Shown: piece after piece, positions 43,193 through 52,210 of the stretch | How positions within the stretch are numbered: the first letter of the stretch is position 1 | Layout of the letters: each line of letters begins with the position of its first letter | Notes under the pieces: model-generated | What the model saw: the letters and a program-made list of their open reading frames with translations, nothing else | What the model was told of the DNA's origin: nothing | The model's database searches: none | Program-made: the position numbers and the translations under genes | NCBI GenBank assembly: GCA_015488535.1 | Contig: WFNP01000042.1 | Coordinates: 4,210 to 68,209, forward strand | From: Nitratifractor sp. | GTDB lineage: Bacteria > Campylobacterota > Campylobacteria > Campylobacterales > Sulfurovaceae | DNA length: 64,000 bases | Direction: 5' to 3'

Positions 43193-43979
43193 TATAGATA
43201 TAGATATAGATATAGATATAGAAAAGTTGAAAAGTATTGCAAAAAGTGCCGCTGAAGTGGTAATGAAGATATATGATACAGATTTTGAAGTGGAGTTCAA
43301 AGATGATAAATCTCCTCTCACACTAGCAGACAAAAAAGCAAATGAGATAATATGCAATTTACTCCAAGAGATATATCCAAATATTCCTATTCTATCTGAA
43401 GAGAACAAAGCTATACCATACAATACAAGAAAAGAGTGGCACAGATACTGGTGTATAGACCCTATAGACGGCACAAAAGAGTTCATCAAAAAAAATGGAG
43501 AATTTACTATCAATATAGCTCTGATAGAGGATAATCAACCTGTTATCGGAGTGGTTTATGCTCCGGCCGTAGATATACTATACAGTGCCAAAAAAGGTGA
43601 AGGAGCATACAAAAACGGTATAAAACTGCCGATAGAGACAAATGACAGACCTGACAAGCTTTTGAGAGTTGTAGCGTCAAAATCTCATCTCTCAAAAGAG
43701 ACGCAGGATTATATAGATGAGTTGGCTAAAGATACTGAAAAGATAGAGCAAGTATCCAAAGGAAGCTCACTAAAGCTATGTATGATAGCCGAAGGTAGTG
43801 CTGATATCTATCCCAGAATGGCTCCTACTATGGAGTGGGACACAGCTGCTGCTGATGCTATAGTAAGAGAATCCGGTGCCATGACATACAGATTGGATGA
43901 AGATTTAAAAATCGTCGGAAAATTACAATACAACAAAGAGAATCTTCTTAATCCGTGGTTTGCGGTAAAAAGAGATTAA
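43185..43979 (+). CDS. cysQ: 3'(2'),5'-bisphosphate nucleotidase
   Basis: Inositol-monophosphatase fold motifs LSEE and [12 protein letters not shown]. Overlaps the cysC end by 8 nt. Confidence 0.85.
   Translation: MDNIDIDIDIDIEKLKSIAKSAAEVVMKIYDTDFEVEFKDDKSPLTLADKKANEIICNLLQEIYPNIPILSEENKAIPYNTRKEWHRYWCIDPIDGTKEFIKKNGEFTINIALIEDNQPVIGVVYAPAVDILYSAKKGEGAYKNGIKLPIETNDRPDKLLRVVASKSHLSKETQDYIDELAKDTEKIEQVSKGSSLKLCMIAEGSADIYPRMAPTMEWDTAAADAIVRESGAMTYRLDEDLKIVGKLQYNKENLLNPWFAVKRD
43194..43220 (+). repeat. Hexanucleotide microsatellite (ATAGAT) x4.5 in the 5' end of cysQ
   Basis: ATAGATATAGATATAGATATAGATATA encodes IDIDIDIDI at residues 4-12 of CysQ. Confidence 0.9.
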
Positions 43980-44011
43980 ACCAAATACTTAATCACTGCA
44001 GGAGATGGTAT

Positions 44012-44584
44012 ATGAAATTTATAAATAGTAAAATTGATGGTGTCATCATAATAGAACCAAAAGTCTGGAAAGACAGTAGAGGTTATTTTGTAGAGACATT
44101 CAGACAGGATTTACTGGATAATTTTTTGGGATTTAGAGTAAATTTTTGTCAAGATAACGAAAGCAAATCCAAAAGAGGTGTATTAAGAGGCTTACACTAC
44201 CAACTTCCACCATTTGCCCAAAGCAAACTAGTAAGAGTAATTGAAGGAAGTGTATTAGATATTGCAGTAGATATCCGAAAAGGAAGTCCCACATTTGGGC
44301 AGTATGTATCAGTAGAATTAAGCGGAGAGAATAAAAAACAACTCTTTATTCCCAGAGGCTTTGCCCATGCTTTTGTGGTTATGAGCAAAGAGGCTGTATT
44401 TTCATACAAAGTGGATAACTACTATGCACCTCAATATGACAGAGGTATCAAATGGAATGACCCAGATATCAAACTAAATATACCTCTATCAAAATCTGAA
44501 ATTACAGTATCTGAAAAAGATGCTTCTCTTCCATTTTTAAATGAAGCTGAAATTTTTGATTTCACAGACAATCTATATCACTGA
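44012..44584 (+). CDS. rfbC: dTDP-4-dehydrorhamnose 3,5-epimerase
   Basis: IIEPKVWKDSRGYFVETF, RGLHYQ and IPRGFAHAF. I place the start at ATG 44012, after a GGAGA RBS. Confidence 0.88.
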   Translation: MKFINSKIDGVIIIEPKVWKDSRGYFVETFRQDLLDNFLGFRVNFCQDNESKSKRGVLRGLHYQLPPFAQSKLVRVIEGSVLDIAVDIRKGSPTFGQYVSVELSGENKKQLFIPRGFAHAFVVMSKEAVFSYKVDNYYAPQYDRGIKWNDPDIKLNIPLSKSEITVSEKDASLPFLNEAEIFDFTDNLYH

Positions 44585-44629
44585 TATTTTTAATACAAAT
44601 AGGATAAAATACCAACATCAGAGCAATAG

Positions 44630-44658
44630 TTATAATATAATATTTTATTATATTATAA
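44630..44658. repeat. Perfect 12-bp AT-only palindrome between rfbC and the FadL-like gene
   Basis: TTATAATATAAT-atttt-ATTATATTATAA followed by GATACTTTTTATT. It could be a weak terminator or an operator. Confidence 0.4.
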
Positions 44659-44717
44659 GATACTTTTTATTGATTAGATAATATAATGTAAAAAAATTTA
44701 ATTTTGGGAGAAGATAA

Positions 44718-45923
44718 ATGAAAAAGAGTTTGGCTGTAGCATTGTCTCTGTTTACGGCAAGTGCATTATATGCGACAAACGGTGATACACTCATAGGTGT
44801 AGGAGCAAAGACAAGATCAATGGGTGGAGCAGGTATCGCTTTTAGCCACGGAGCAGAATCCACACTGGTAAACCCTGCATTGATTACACATATCAAGCAA
44901 AATGAAGTAAGCTTCGGCGGCACAGTATTTATGCCTGATATCAGCACAGAGATAGTGCCTTATACAGGCGGTAAAGTTGACAGTGATGCTGATATCAGTA
45001 TCATTCCGGCTGTTGCACTTGCCAGCAAGATAGGAGACAACTTCTATGTAGGTGCCGGTATGTGGGGAACAGCAGGTATGGGTACAGATTTCAGAGGTGA
45101 AAATACTCTCTTCAATATGGAAACCACACTTCAGCTAATGCAGTTTGCTGTTCCTTTAGCTTATCAGACAGGTGGATTTAGTATCGGTATAGCTCCTATA
45201 GTGCAGTACGGTTCACTAGATATACACTACACAATGAGTACATCTACCGTATCTCCTGGTCAATCTCAGGATTTCGGATTTGGAGCCTCTGTAGGTGCTA
45301 CTTATGATTTCAATAATGGTTTTATGATTGGAGCTGTATATAAGAGCCAAATCAAAATGGATTACAAAGATGTTCTTTCAGGTGCTACTGCACCATTTAG
45401 AGCTATTCCTGGATTCCCGACTATCGGTGATGAGTTGGAGCAGCCTTCAGAATATGGTATAGGTATTGGATATACATTCGGACCACACTCAATAGCAGCT
45501 GACTGGAGAAGAATAAACTGGAGTTCGGCTGACGGTTATGAGCAGTTTGGATGGGATGACCAGGATGTAATAGCAATCGGTTATCAGTATGATGCCGGTA
45601 CTTGGTCTATAAGAGCAGGTTACAACCATGCTACAAATCCTGTAACACTATATAACGGCAGTGGTATGGATATAGCAGGAGCTGCATTAAATATGTTTAA
45701 TCTTTTGGGCTTCCCTGCAACTGCAGAAAACCACTATACACTTGGTGCCACATATGAATTTAGTCAGCAGTTTTCAATGGATATGACTGCGGTATATTCA
45801 CCCAAAAAGAGTACCACTGCAAACATATCAGCACTTCAAAATATAGGAATGACCGGTATCAGCTCTATAGAGAATGATCACAGTGAATTTGGTTTAACTG
45901 TTCAGCTAAACTATAAGTTCTAA
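44718..45923 (+). CDS. Outer-membrane transport protein, OMPP1/FadL/TodX family
   Basis: Signal peptide ending ALYA-TNGD. N-terminal G...GAKTRSMGGAGIA, a beta-barrel pattern and a C-terminal LNYKF. Confidence 0.75.
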   Translation: MKKSLAVALSLFTASALYATNGDTLIGVGAKTRSMGGAGIAFSHGAESTLVNPALITHIKQNEVSFGGTVFMPDISTEIVPYTGGKVDSDADISIIPAVALASKIGDNFYVGAGMWGTAGMGTDFRGENTLFNMETTLQLMQFAVPLAYQTGGFSIGIAPIVQYGSLDIHYTMSTSTVSPGQSQDFGFGASVGATYDFNNGFMIGAVYKSQIKMDYKDVLSGATAPFRAIPGFPTIGDELEQPSEYGIGIGYTFGPHSIAADWRRINWSSADGYEQFGWDDQDVIAIGYQYDAGTWSIRAGYNHATNPVTLYNGSGMDIAGAALNMFNLLGFPATAENHYTLGATYEFSQQFSMDMTAVYSPKKSTTANISALQNIGMTGISSIENDHSEFGLTVQLNYKF

Positions 45924-45961
45924 TATTTCATTTATAAACTAATATAACAACTATAATTTAA

Positions 45962-46022
45962 TGCAATTTAGTGAAAGGCAGGGCTTCACTCTTGCACAAT
46001 GCGGGGTTGAGACCCCGCCTCC
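45962..46022 (-). repeat. GGAGG-hairpin intergenic repeat, copy E
   Basis: The minus strand reads GGAGGCGGGGTCTCAACCCCGCATTGTGCAAGAGTGAAGCCCTGCCTTTCACTAAATTGCA. Confidence 0.65.
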
Positions 46023-46043
46023 TATGCTATATATTTCAATAAA

Positions 46044-46062
46044 TTTTTTGTGTGTAAGGTCA
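46044..46062 (+). repeat. Copy of the 19-nt motif TTTTTTGTGTGTAAGGTCA
   Basis: Lies 41 nt upstream of the ATG at 46104. Confidence 0.55.
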
Positions 46063-46103
46063 GATAATCAACAAAACTTTTACAAATAATTATAAGGATT
46101 GAA

Positions 46104-46436
46104 ATGCTAAAGGGATTTAAAGATATAGCTATATCTAAAGGCTTACAGGTAACAGCAAATAATTTAATACAAGAGTATGGAAGAGTGCTAAAGTTGAATG
46201 TAAACTCACAAGATAAATCTATTGATTTGGAAGTAATGCTAGAGGGTGAATTAGAACCTATATCTGTAAAGATAGGCAGATACACTGTCACAGAAGAGAA
46301 TGGAAAAAAGTTTATAACAGTAGATAATATAGAAACATCCCGTGCATGGCTTAACAAAGTTGCAAACAACTTCCTAAACGGCAAACGATTCGCACTACCT
46401 CAAAAATATGCTGACATCATAGAATCCATCATATAA
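46104..46436 (+). CDS. Hypothetical protein (110 aa)
   Basis: ORF with an AAGGA RBS about 8 nt upstream. No recognisable motif. Confidence 0.45.
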   Translation: MLKGFKDIAISKGLQVTANNLIQEYGRVLKLNVNSQDKSIDLEVMLEGELEPISVKIGRYTVTEENGKKFITVDNIETSRAWLNKVANNFLNGKRFALPQKYADIIESII

Positions 46437-46458
46437 AGAATGAAATTTAAAATCACAA

Positions 46459-46490
46459 GGTGTAAAATTTTTTAAGTATTACACCCTTTT
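46459..46490 (+). terminator. Putative terminator between convergent genes
   Basis: GGTGTAA-13 nt-TTACACC followed by CTTTT. Confidence 0.35.
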
Positions 46491-46503
46491 ACCTGACTCT
46501 GAT

Positions 46504-47712
46504 TTAAAAGAGTGTAAAAATATTTATTCCGTTTTCATACTTATACAATAGATTCATACCATGCCTCTCTACAATCTCTTTGACGATATACAGCCCCAGT
46601 CCGAAACCCTCTTTGTCACCTTCATACTCTTGGCGAAACGGCTCTGTATAGTGGGATAGAGGATACTGTAGCTCCTTTCCTTCACTGACAAAGAGTATCT
46701 GTGACTCTCTCATTATGACTTTTGGATTTTTACCGTATTTATAGGCATTATCTATCAAATTTTTAAAGACTATAACCATCGCCTCTTTGTCCACAAAAAT
46801 AGTAGCATTCTGCGGAATATCTCTATCTATCTTTTCACAATAGAGGCGACGGCAAGCTTCATCTGTAATTTCATCTACACTCACCTCTTCACGGTAATTG
46901 AACGGTTCCGAATCCGAAGCTATCTTCTCAATCTCCACCAATTCATTAAGCAACACAGACAATCTATCAAATATAGAACTCAGCATTCGGCGTGTTCGAG
47001 GCTCCTGACTCAATTCAGCAGTCAGTCTGCCTTTGGTTACAGGTGTATTTAATTCATGTAATAAATTTCTCAAAAATAGTCGTCTTGCACTGCCGTATCT
47101 TTTCAATCTGTCGGCAGAGTCATAAAAGGCTTTGGCAATAGAAGATATTTCATCTTTTCCGTTTGTAAAACTTTCTTTATATACCAACTCTCCACCATCG
47201 CCGTAATTTCGTATATCATCTTCCAGCCTCCGTATAGGAATCAGGGATTTTCGGAGTGTGATATAGCTAAACAGAAGCAGTATAAAGATAACTGAAAAAA
47301 CAGAAATAGGTATAAGGTATATATCTGAATTGCTATCTTCTGAATAAAGAAGTAATTGTTTCTCAGGGGTCTTTATAAAAATATATTTATTGCTCTTATA
47401 GATTATAAAACCCTTAAAATAGTGTCTCTTTTGCATAGAATACATATTCATACGATGTATAAATGCTCCATTTTTCAATATGTTTTTGTAATCCTTTTTC
47501 GGAACTTTTTGCAATCCTGTATTTTGAAGAAACTCATCAGAGAGATGACCGGTTCTGCGAATCTCCTGCATTACCAGTCTGCTTTTGAGCATCATCGACA
47601 TCATGTTTTGCCTGTCCAGTTGGTGATACATCAAAACACCGGCTATAAGTGTTACAACAGTAGCTGTAATAAACAAGAGATTAAGTTTGAAAAATATCGA
47701 GTGACGGTTCAT
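46504..47712 (-). CDS. Sensor histidine kinase (two TM segments, periplasmic loop, HisKA + HATPase_c)
   Basis: H-box LRNLLHELNTPVTKG and G-box GFGLGLYIVKEIVERHG. Confidence 0.85.
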   Translation of the reverse strand: MNRHSIFFKLNLLFITATVVTLIAGVLMYHQLDRQNMMSMMLKSRLVMQEIRRTGHLSDEFLQNTGLQKVPKKDYKNILKNGAFIHRMNMYSMQKRHYFKGFIIYKSNKYIFIKTPEKQLLLYSEDSNSDIYLIPISVFSVIFILLLFSYITLRKSLIPIRRLEDDIRNYGDGGELVYKESFTNGKDEISSIAKAFYDSADRLKRYGSARRLFLRNLLHELNTPVTKGRLTAELSQEPRTRRMLSSIFDRLSVLLNELVEIEKIASDSEPFNYREEVSVDEITDEACRRLYCEKIDRDIPQNATIFVDKEAMVIVFKNLIDNAYKYGKNPKVIMRESQILFVSEGKELQYPLSHYTEPFRQEYEGDKEGFGLGLYIVKEIVERHGMNLLYKYENGINIFTLF

Positions 47713-48390
47713 CTAATCTCCGATATATTTGTAACCCACACCTCTGACTGATGCTATATAGTGAGGCCGGCGGGGGTTGTCCCCTATTTTATGCCTAATC
47801 CTGCTGATGATCACATCTATACTCCTCTCTCCGCTGTCCCATCTCATGGACTCTACACTGTTGGCTATCAAATCTCTGCTTACTACTTGAGCTTTTCTCT
47901 CCAAAAGAAGTGCAAATATCTCAAACTCTGCGGCAGTCAAATCCAAAACCTCTCCATTCATCGATATCTGCATCTTCAATCTGTCTATAGTAAACGGAGT
48001 TGATGTATCCCTGACAACAGAGAGATATTCATTTCTTTTTATAGTTGCTTTAATGCGGGCTACCAACTCTCTGGGTTCATACGGTTTGGCTACATAATCA
48101 TCTACACCTATATCAAATGCTACCACTTTGTCTCCCACATCACTGCGGGCGGTAGATACGATAACAGGAATTTCAGGATGTTCTTTTTTCAATATACGAC
48201 AAAGCTCCAGCCCGTCCATCTCAGGCAATCCCAGATCAACAAGTATCAAATCAAATCTCTCATTCTCAACTTTTTGCAATCCTGTTATGGGAGATGATAC
48301 GCTAAAGAGTTCAATATCATAACGGGAGAGATACTCTTCCAAAAGCTCCGTAATTTCGAGATCATCTTCAACCATCAATACTTTAGCCAT
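47713..48390 (-). CDS. OmpR-family response regulator
   Basis: Receiver domain (VEDD...DLILVDLGLPEMDG) plus a winged-helix C-terminus (YIASVRGVGYKY). Confidence 0.88.
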   Translation of the reverse strand: MAKVLMVEDDLEITELLEEYLSRYDIELFSVSSPITGLQKVENERFDLILVDLGLPEMDGLELCRILKKEHPEIPVIVSTARSDVGDKVVAFDIGVDDYVAKPYEPRELVARIKATIKRNEYLSVVRDTSTPFTIDRLKMQISMNGEVLDLTAAEFEIFALLLERKAQVVSRDLIANSVESMRWDSGERSIDVIISRIRHKIGDNPRRPHYIASVRGVGYKYIGD

Positions 48391-48413
48391 ATCATCCCCT
48401 CCCTCACATATAT

Positions 48414-48995
48414 CTACTTGTTACTGTTAGACAATTCTATCAATTTTTCTCTCTGGGCAGGTGTCAGAATGTTGAAAATCTTCTCCATTCTATCAGCCAT
48501 CATATTTAGTTTTGCTTCTCTTCTCTTAGCTCTCAACTCATCCATTTTTTTCCATCTCTCCTGCACAGATTTCTTGTATGCCTCTTTATCGAAACTGTTT
48601 GCACTCATAAATTTGGAGGCATCCATCTTTATCATACCTCTTTCCCTTTTATGCATGCCTGCTCTATGTCTGTTCATCTTGCCTTGACCAGCCATATTGC
48701 CTTTGCCTCCATTATTCATCTGGCCCCTGCTCTCACGCATTACCTCACGGATTTTGTTTTTCTGCTCATCACTCAGATTCAGGTCTTGCATCATTTTTTT
48801 CATCACAGGAGCACCCCTGCCGTTGCTGTTATGCATATAACCCATACCGACATGCTTTGCATTTCCCATCATACCTTTACCGCAACTGTTTCCGTTTACT
48901 TCACTGTTGCCGTTCATACCTACCGGACCCTGAGCCCAGACAGAAGAGACCAATCCCGCACTCATAATACCTGCTATCAACAATCCTTTTTTCAT
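48414..48995 (-). CDS. Periplasmic Spy/CpxP/ZraP-family (LTxxQ) protein with Met/His/Gly/Asn-rich regions
   Basis: Signal peptide MKKGLLIAGIMSAGLVSSVWA-QG. LTxxQ-like LSDEQKNKIRE and LTPAQREKLIE. Met/His-rich tracts GKGMMGNAKHVGMGYMH and NRHRAGMH. I place the start at ATG 48995, after an AAGGA RBS. Confidence 0.6.
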   Translation of the reverse strand: MKKGLLIAGIMSAGLVSSVWAQGPVGMNGNSEVNGNSCGKGMMGNAKHVGMGYMHNSNGRGAPVMKKMMQDLNLSDEQKNKIREVMRESRGQMNNGGKGNMAGQGKMNRHRAGMHKRERGMIKMDASKFMSANSFDKEAYKKSVQERWKKMDELRAKRREAKLNMMADRMEKIFNILTPAQREKLIELSNSNK

Positions 48996-49108
48996 TTCAT
49001 ATCCTTTGTTGTATTTTTCCGATAGAGTCAATGACTCATTCAGATATTGTAATGATATGAGTAATATGTCAATTGTTTGTGAATCTATTGTTAACGATTG
49101 TAAACAGC

Positions 49109-49312
49109 TTAAATATCTTTTGTTATCCAGATAATTATAGATAACACAATAGATATAAGCAACATGGAAGTAAGTGGCATATAAAAGCCAAAATTATCCC
49201 CCGTGTAGCTGATATCACCGGGGAGATGACCAAACCAGGAGAGTAATCCGTATTTCCATAAAATGCCAATTGTTATTAATATAATACCTAAACCTATCAA
49301 TAGATTATCCAT
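49109..49312 (-). CDS. DUF2905-family small membrane protein
   Basis: GHLPGDISYTGDNFGFYMPLTSMLLISIVLS matches the DUF2905 pattern (..LPGDI....F.FYFP..). Confidence 0.65.
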   Translation of the reverse strand: MDNLLIGLGIILITIGILWKYGLLSWFGHLPGDISYTGDNFGFYMPLTSMLLISIVLSIIIWITKDI

Positions 49313-49325
49313 ACTTAGATATCCT

Positions 49326-49562
49326 TTACCTGTTGCTCACCCTCTTACCGGCAACCTCGCCGCCTATTGCAAAACCTCCGCCAAGCTGTTTCTCAAATCC
49401 TGCCGTAGAGGCAACTGTGCCTTGAGTGCCTTTGTGTATATCTGCCTTGTTCGCTTCATATCCGAAACCCACACCACCCCAAAAATCGGCAGGAGGTGTA
49501 TCCTTGGCACATCCACTCAGCATAAAAGCTGCTGAAAATATATACAAATAGTATCTCATCAC
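49326..49562 (-). CDS. Small lipoprotein, hypothetical (78 aa)
   Basis: Lipobox FMLSG-C and a Gly-rich C-terminal part. Has a 4-nt ATGA overlap with the gpmI stop. Confidence 0.5.
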   Translation of the reverse strand: MMRYYLYIFSAAFMLSGCAKDTPPADFWGGVGFGYEANKADIHKGTQGTVASTAGFEKQLGGGFAIGGEVAGKRVSNR

Positions 49563-51040
49563 TCTGCTATCAACGACTCATCCATCTCCTGGGGCTTTTC
49601 AAGCTCCATCAACTCCAAAACTGTCGGGGCTATGTTGTTGAGTCCGCCATGCTCTTTGAGCTTCTTTACCTTCGGTGATTTGACAAATGCCCAGACATCT
49701 CCTACTGTATGGTTGGTGAGAATATGCCCCTCATCATCTCTCATCTCTTCACAGTTACCATGGTCTGAAGTAAGTATTACATTATAATTTTTCTCTTCAG
49801 ATTTTTCAAAAATTCTGCCAAGCTCTCTATCTACAGCCTCTACTGCTTTTATGGCTGCATCAAAATTACCGGTATGACCTACCATATCACCGTTTGCAAA
49901 ATTGACTACGATAAAATCATACTCTTCATCCATTGCTTTAAGAACAGCATCACCTACTTCAGGAGCACTCATTTCAGGCTTCATATCATATGTCTTAACC
50001 TGCGGACTGGGTATCAGCACCCTGCTCTCACCCTCTACAGGCTCTTCTACTCCACCGTTGAAGAAGAATGTAACATGTGCATACTTCTCCGTCTCAGCAG
50101 TATGCAACTGTCTGAGTCCTGCTCTGCTGATAACTTCGGCAAGTGTATTTTGGGGGGCTTCTTTTGGAAACAGCACCGGATATGGGAATGAAGCATCATA
50201 TTGAGTCATTGTAGCGATATTCAGTTTTAGAGCTTTTCTATCAAATTGGTCAAAATTTTCATCTCCCAGTGCTGTTGTGATCTCTCTGACTCTATCGGAG
50301 CGAAAGTTTGCAACAATTACACCATCATTATCTTTCATACCCTCATATCCTTCAAAAGCGGTAGGAATTATAAACTCATCTGTAATATCCTTATCATAGC
50401 TTTTGAGTATATACTCTTCGGGAGTGAACTCTGTCTTAGGTTCTGCTTCAGCTATAGCCTTGTAACCCTTTTCGACCCTCTCCCAGCGGTTATCTCTGTC
50501 CATTGTATAAAATCTTCCGCCAATAGTGGCTATTTTGATATCATCATCCAAAATTTTTTCTACCTCTTTGAGATAAACAGGAGCTGATGTTGGAGATACA
50601 TCTCTTCCGTCTGTAATCAGATGCAACCATACTTTTTTGCCCATCTGCTTCAAAATCTTGGCTAGTCCCAAAATATGAGTCAGATGTGAATGGACTCCTC
50701 CGTCACTCATCAATCCGATAATATGCATATCATTACTCTTTTTTACTGTCTCTACAAGAGCAGGATTATTTGCAAGTGAACCATCATCGAGTGCCAGTGA
50801 GATTTTGACCAAATCCTGATAGAGCACTCTACCGCTACCTATCGTCATATGTCCCACTTCAGAGTTGCCCATCTGCCCTTTGGGCAATCCTACACTCAAT
50901 CCGTAAGTAGATATCAGTGTATGAGGCACCTCTTTGAACAATTTTTCATAGGTAGGTTTCTTGGCACTCTCAAATGCATTTGCTTTACTATTCGGTTTGT
51001 ATCCTATACCATCTGTTATTATCAATATTGTCTTATTCAT
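49559..51040 (-). CDS. gpmI: 2,3-bisphosphoglycerate-independent phosphoglycerate mutase
   Basis: [35 protein letters not shown] and SDHGN. The start could be 51040 or the upstream ATG at 51058. Confidence 0.9.
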   Translation of the reverse strand: MNKTILIITDGIGYKPNSKANAFESAKKPTYEKLFKEVPHTLISTYGLSVGLPKGQMGNSEVGHMTIGSGRVLYQDLVKISLALDDGSLANNPALVETVKKSNDMHIIGLMSDGGVHSHLTHILGLAKILKQMGKKVWLHLITDGRDVSPTSAPVYLKEVEKILDDDIKIATIGGRFYTMDRDNRWERVEKGYKAIAEAEPKTEFTPEEYILKSYDKDITDEFIIPTAFEGYEGMKDNDGVIVANFRSDRVREITTALGDENFDQFDRKALKLNIATMTQYDASFPYPVLFPKEAPQNTLAEVISRAGLRQLHTAETEKYAHVTFFFNGGVEEPVEGESRVLIPSPQVKTYDMKPEMSAPEVGDAVLKAMDEEYDFIVVNFANGDMVGHTGNFDAAIKAVEAVDRELGRIFEKSEEKNYNVILTSDHGNCEEMRDDEGHILTNHTVGDVWAFVKSPKVKKLKEHGGLNNIAPTVLELMELEKPQEMDESLIAE

Positions 51041-51148
51041 AAAACTACTCTCTTTCATCTCTTTTATATAATTATAGTAAAATTACACTTCTTAGTCTGT
51101 TAATATCTATAGTATGATAATTAACAAATTCACAAAATAGGTATTTAA

Positions 51149-52210
51149 ATGCTCTATTATCTTCATCAAATATTGGATATAAATCTACTTCACTATATAT
51201 CAGTGAGGGCTGGAATTGCTTTTTTTATCTCATTTGTGCTTACACTGTGGCTGATACCCAAATATATAGCATGGGCTGCTTCTAGAAAAGCCAATCAACC
51301 TATCAACAAATTTGTAACAGCACATGAAAACAAACAGAATGTCCCTACAATGGGAGGAGCAGTATTTGTATTTGCTACTGTTATATCATCTCTGCTTACA
51401 GCAAGAATAGATAACTTTTATATAATAGGAGGATTAATCACACTTATAGGATTTGCAGCAGTAGGTCTCAAAGATGACCTCGGCAAAGTCCTCAGTGGTG
51501 ACAATCTACAAGGCTTGAGTGCAAGAGGAAAAATGGCATGGCTTATAGAAGTAGCAACCATTGTATCTGCTATTTTGGTATTTGTTGCCAATTTTCCTAC
51601 TACTTTCTATCTGCCATTTATTAAAACTCCGCTATTTGATATGGGATACTTTGCAATACCTTTCTGGATATTGGTCATTATTGCTACAAGTAATGCAGTA
51701 AATTTGACAGATGGATTGGATGGTTTGGCAACTGTCCCTACCATCATCGCACTCGGCACTTTGGGCATCATAGTATATTTTACAGGTCACGCACTCTTTG
51801 CCAAATATCTACTGCTTCCCAATATCAAAGGGGTGGGAGAGATGACCATTATGGCTGCGGCACTTGCAGGTGGACTGCTTGGCTTTTTGTGGTATAACTG
51901 CTATCCGGCAGAGATATTCATGGGTGATACAGGCTCTTTATCTATCGGAGCATTTCTTGGATATATGGCGATACTGGGCAAGAGTGAAATACTGCTTATT
52001 CTAATTGGTATCATATTTGTAATAGAGACAGTATCTGTAATTTTACAGGTAGGCAGCTATAAACTGAGAAACAAAAGAGTATTTCTCATGGCTCCCATAC
52101 ATCACCATTTTGAGATGAAAAAGTGGGCAGAGAATAAAATTATAGTCCGTTTCTGGATGATAGCCTTTATAGCCAATATTTTGGCACTAATCACTCTAAA
52201 GATACGATAA
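51149..52210 (+). CDS. mraY: Phospho-N-acetylmuramoyl-pentapeptide transferase
   Basis: [20 protein letters not shown] and APIHHHFE. Confidence 0.92.
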   Translation: MLYYLHQILDINLLHYISVRAGIAFFISFVLTLWLIPKYIAWAASRKANQPINKFVTAHENKQNVPTMGGAVFVFATVISSLLTARIDNFYIIGGLITLIGFAAVGLKDDLGKVLSGDNLQGLSARGKMAWLIEVATIVSAILVFVANFPTTFYLPFIKTPLFDMGYFAIPFWILVIIATSNAVNLTDGLDGLATVPTIIALGTLGIIVYFTGHALFAKYLLLPNIKGVGEMTIMAAALAGGLLGFLWYNCYPAEIFMGDTGSLSIGAFLGYMAILGKSEILLILIGIIFVIETVSVILQVGSYKLRNKRVFLMAPIHHHFEMKKWAENKIIVRFWMIAFIANILALITLKIR

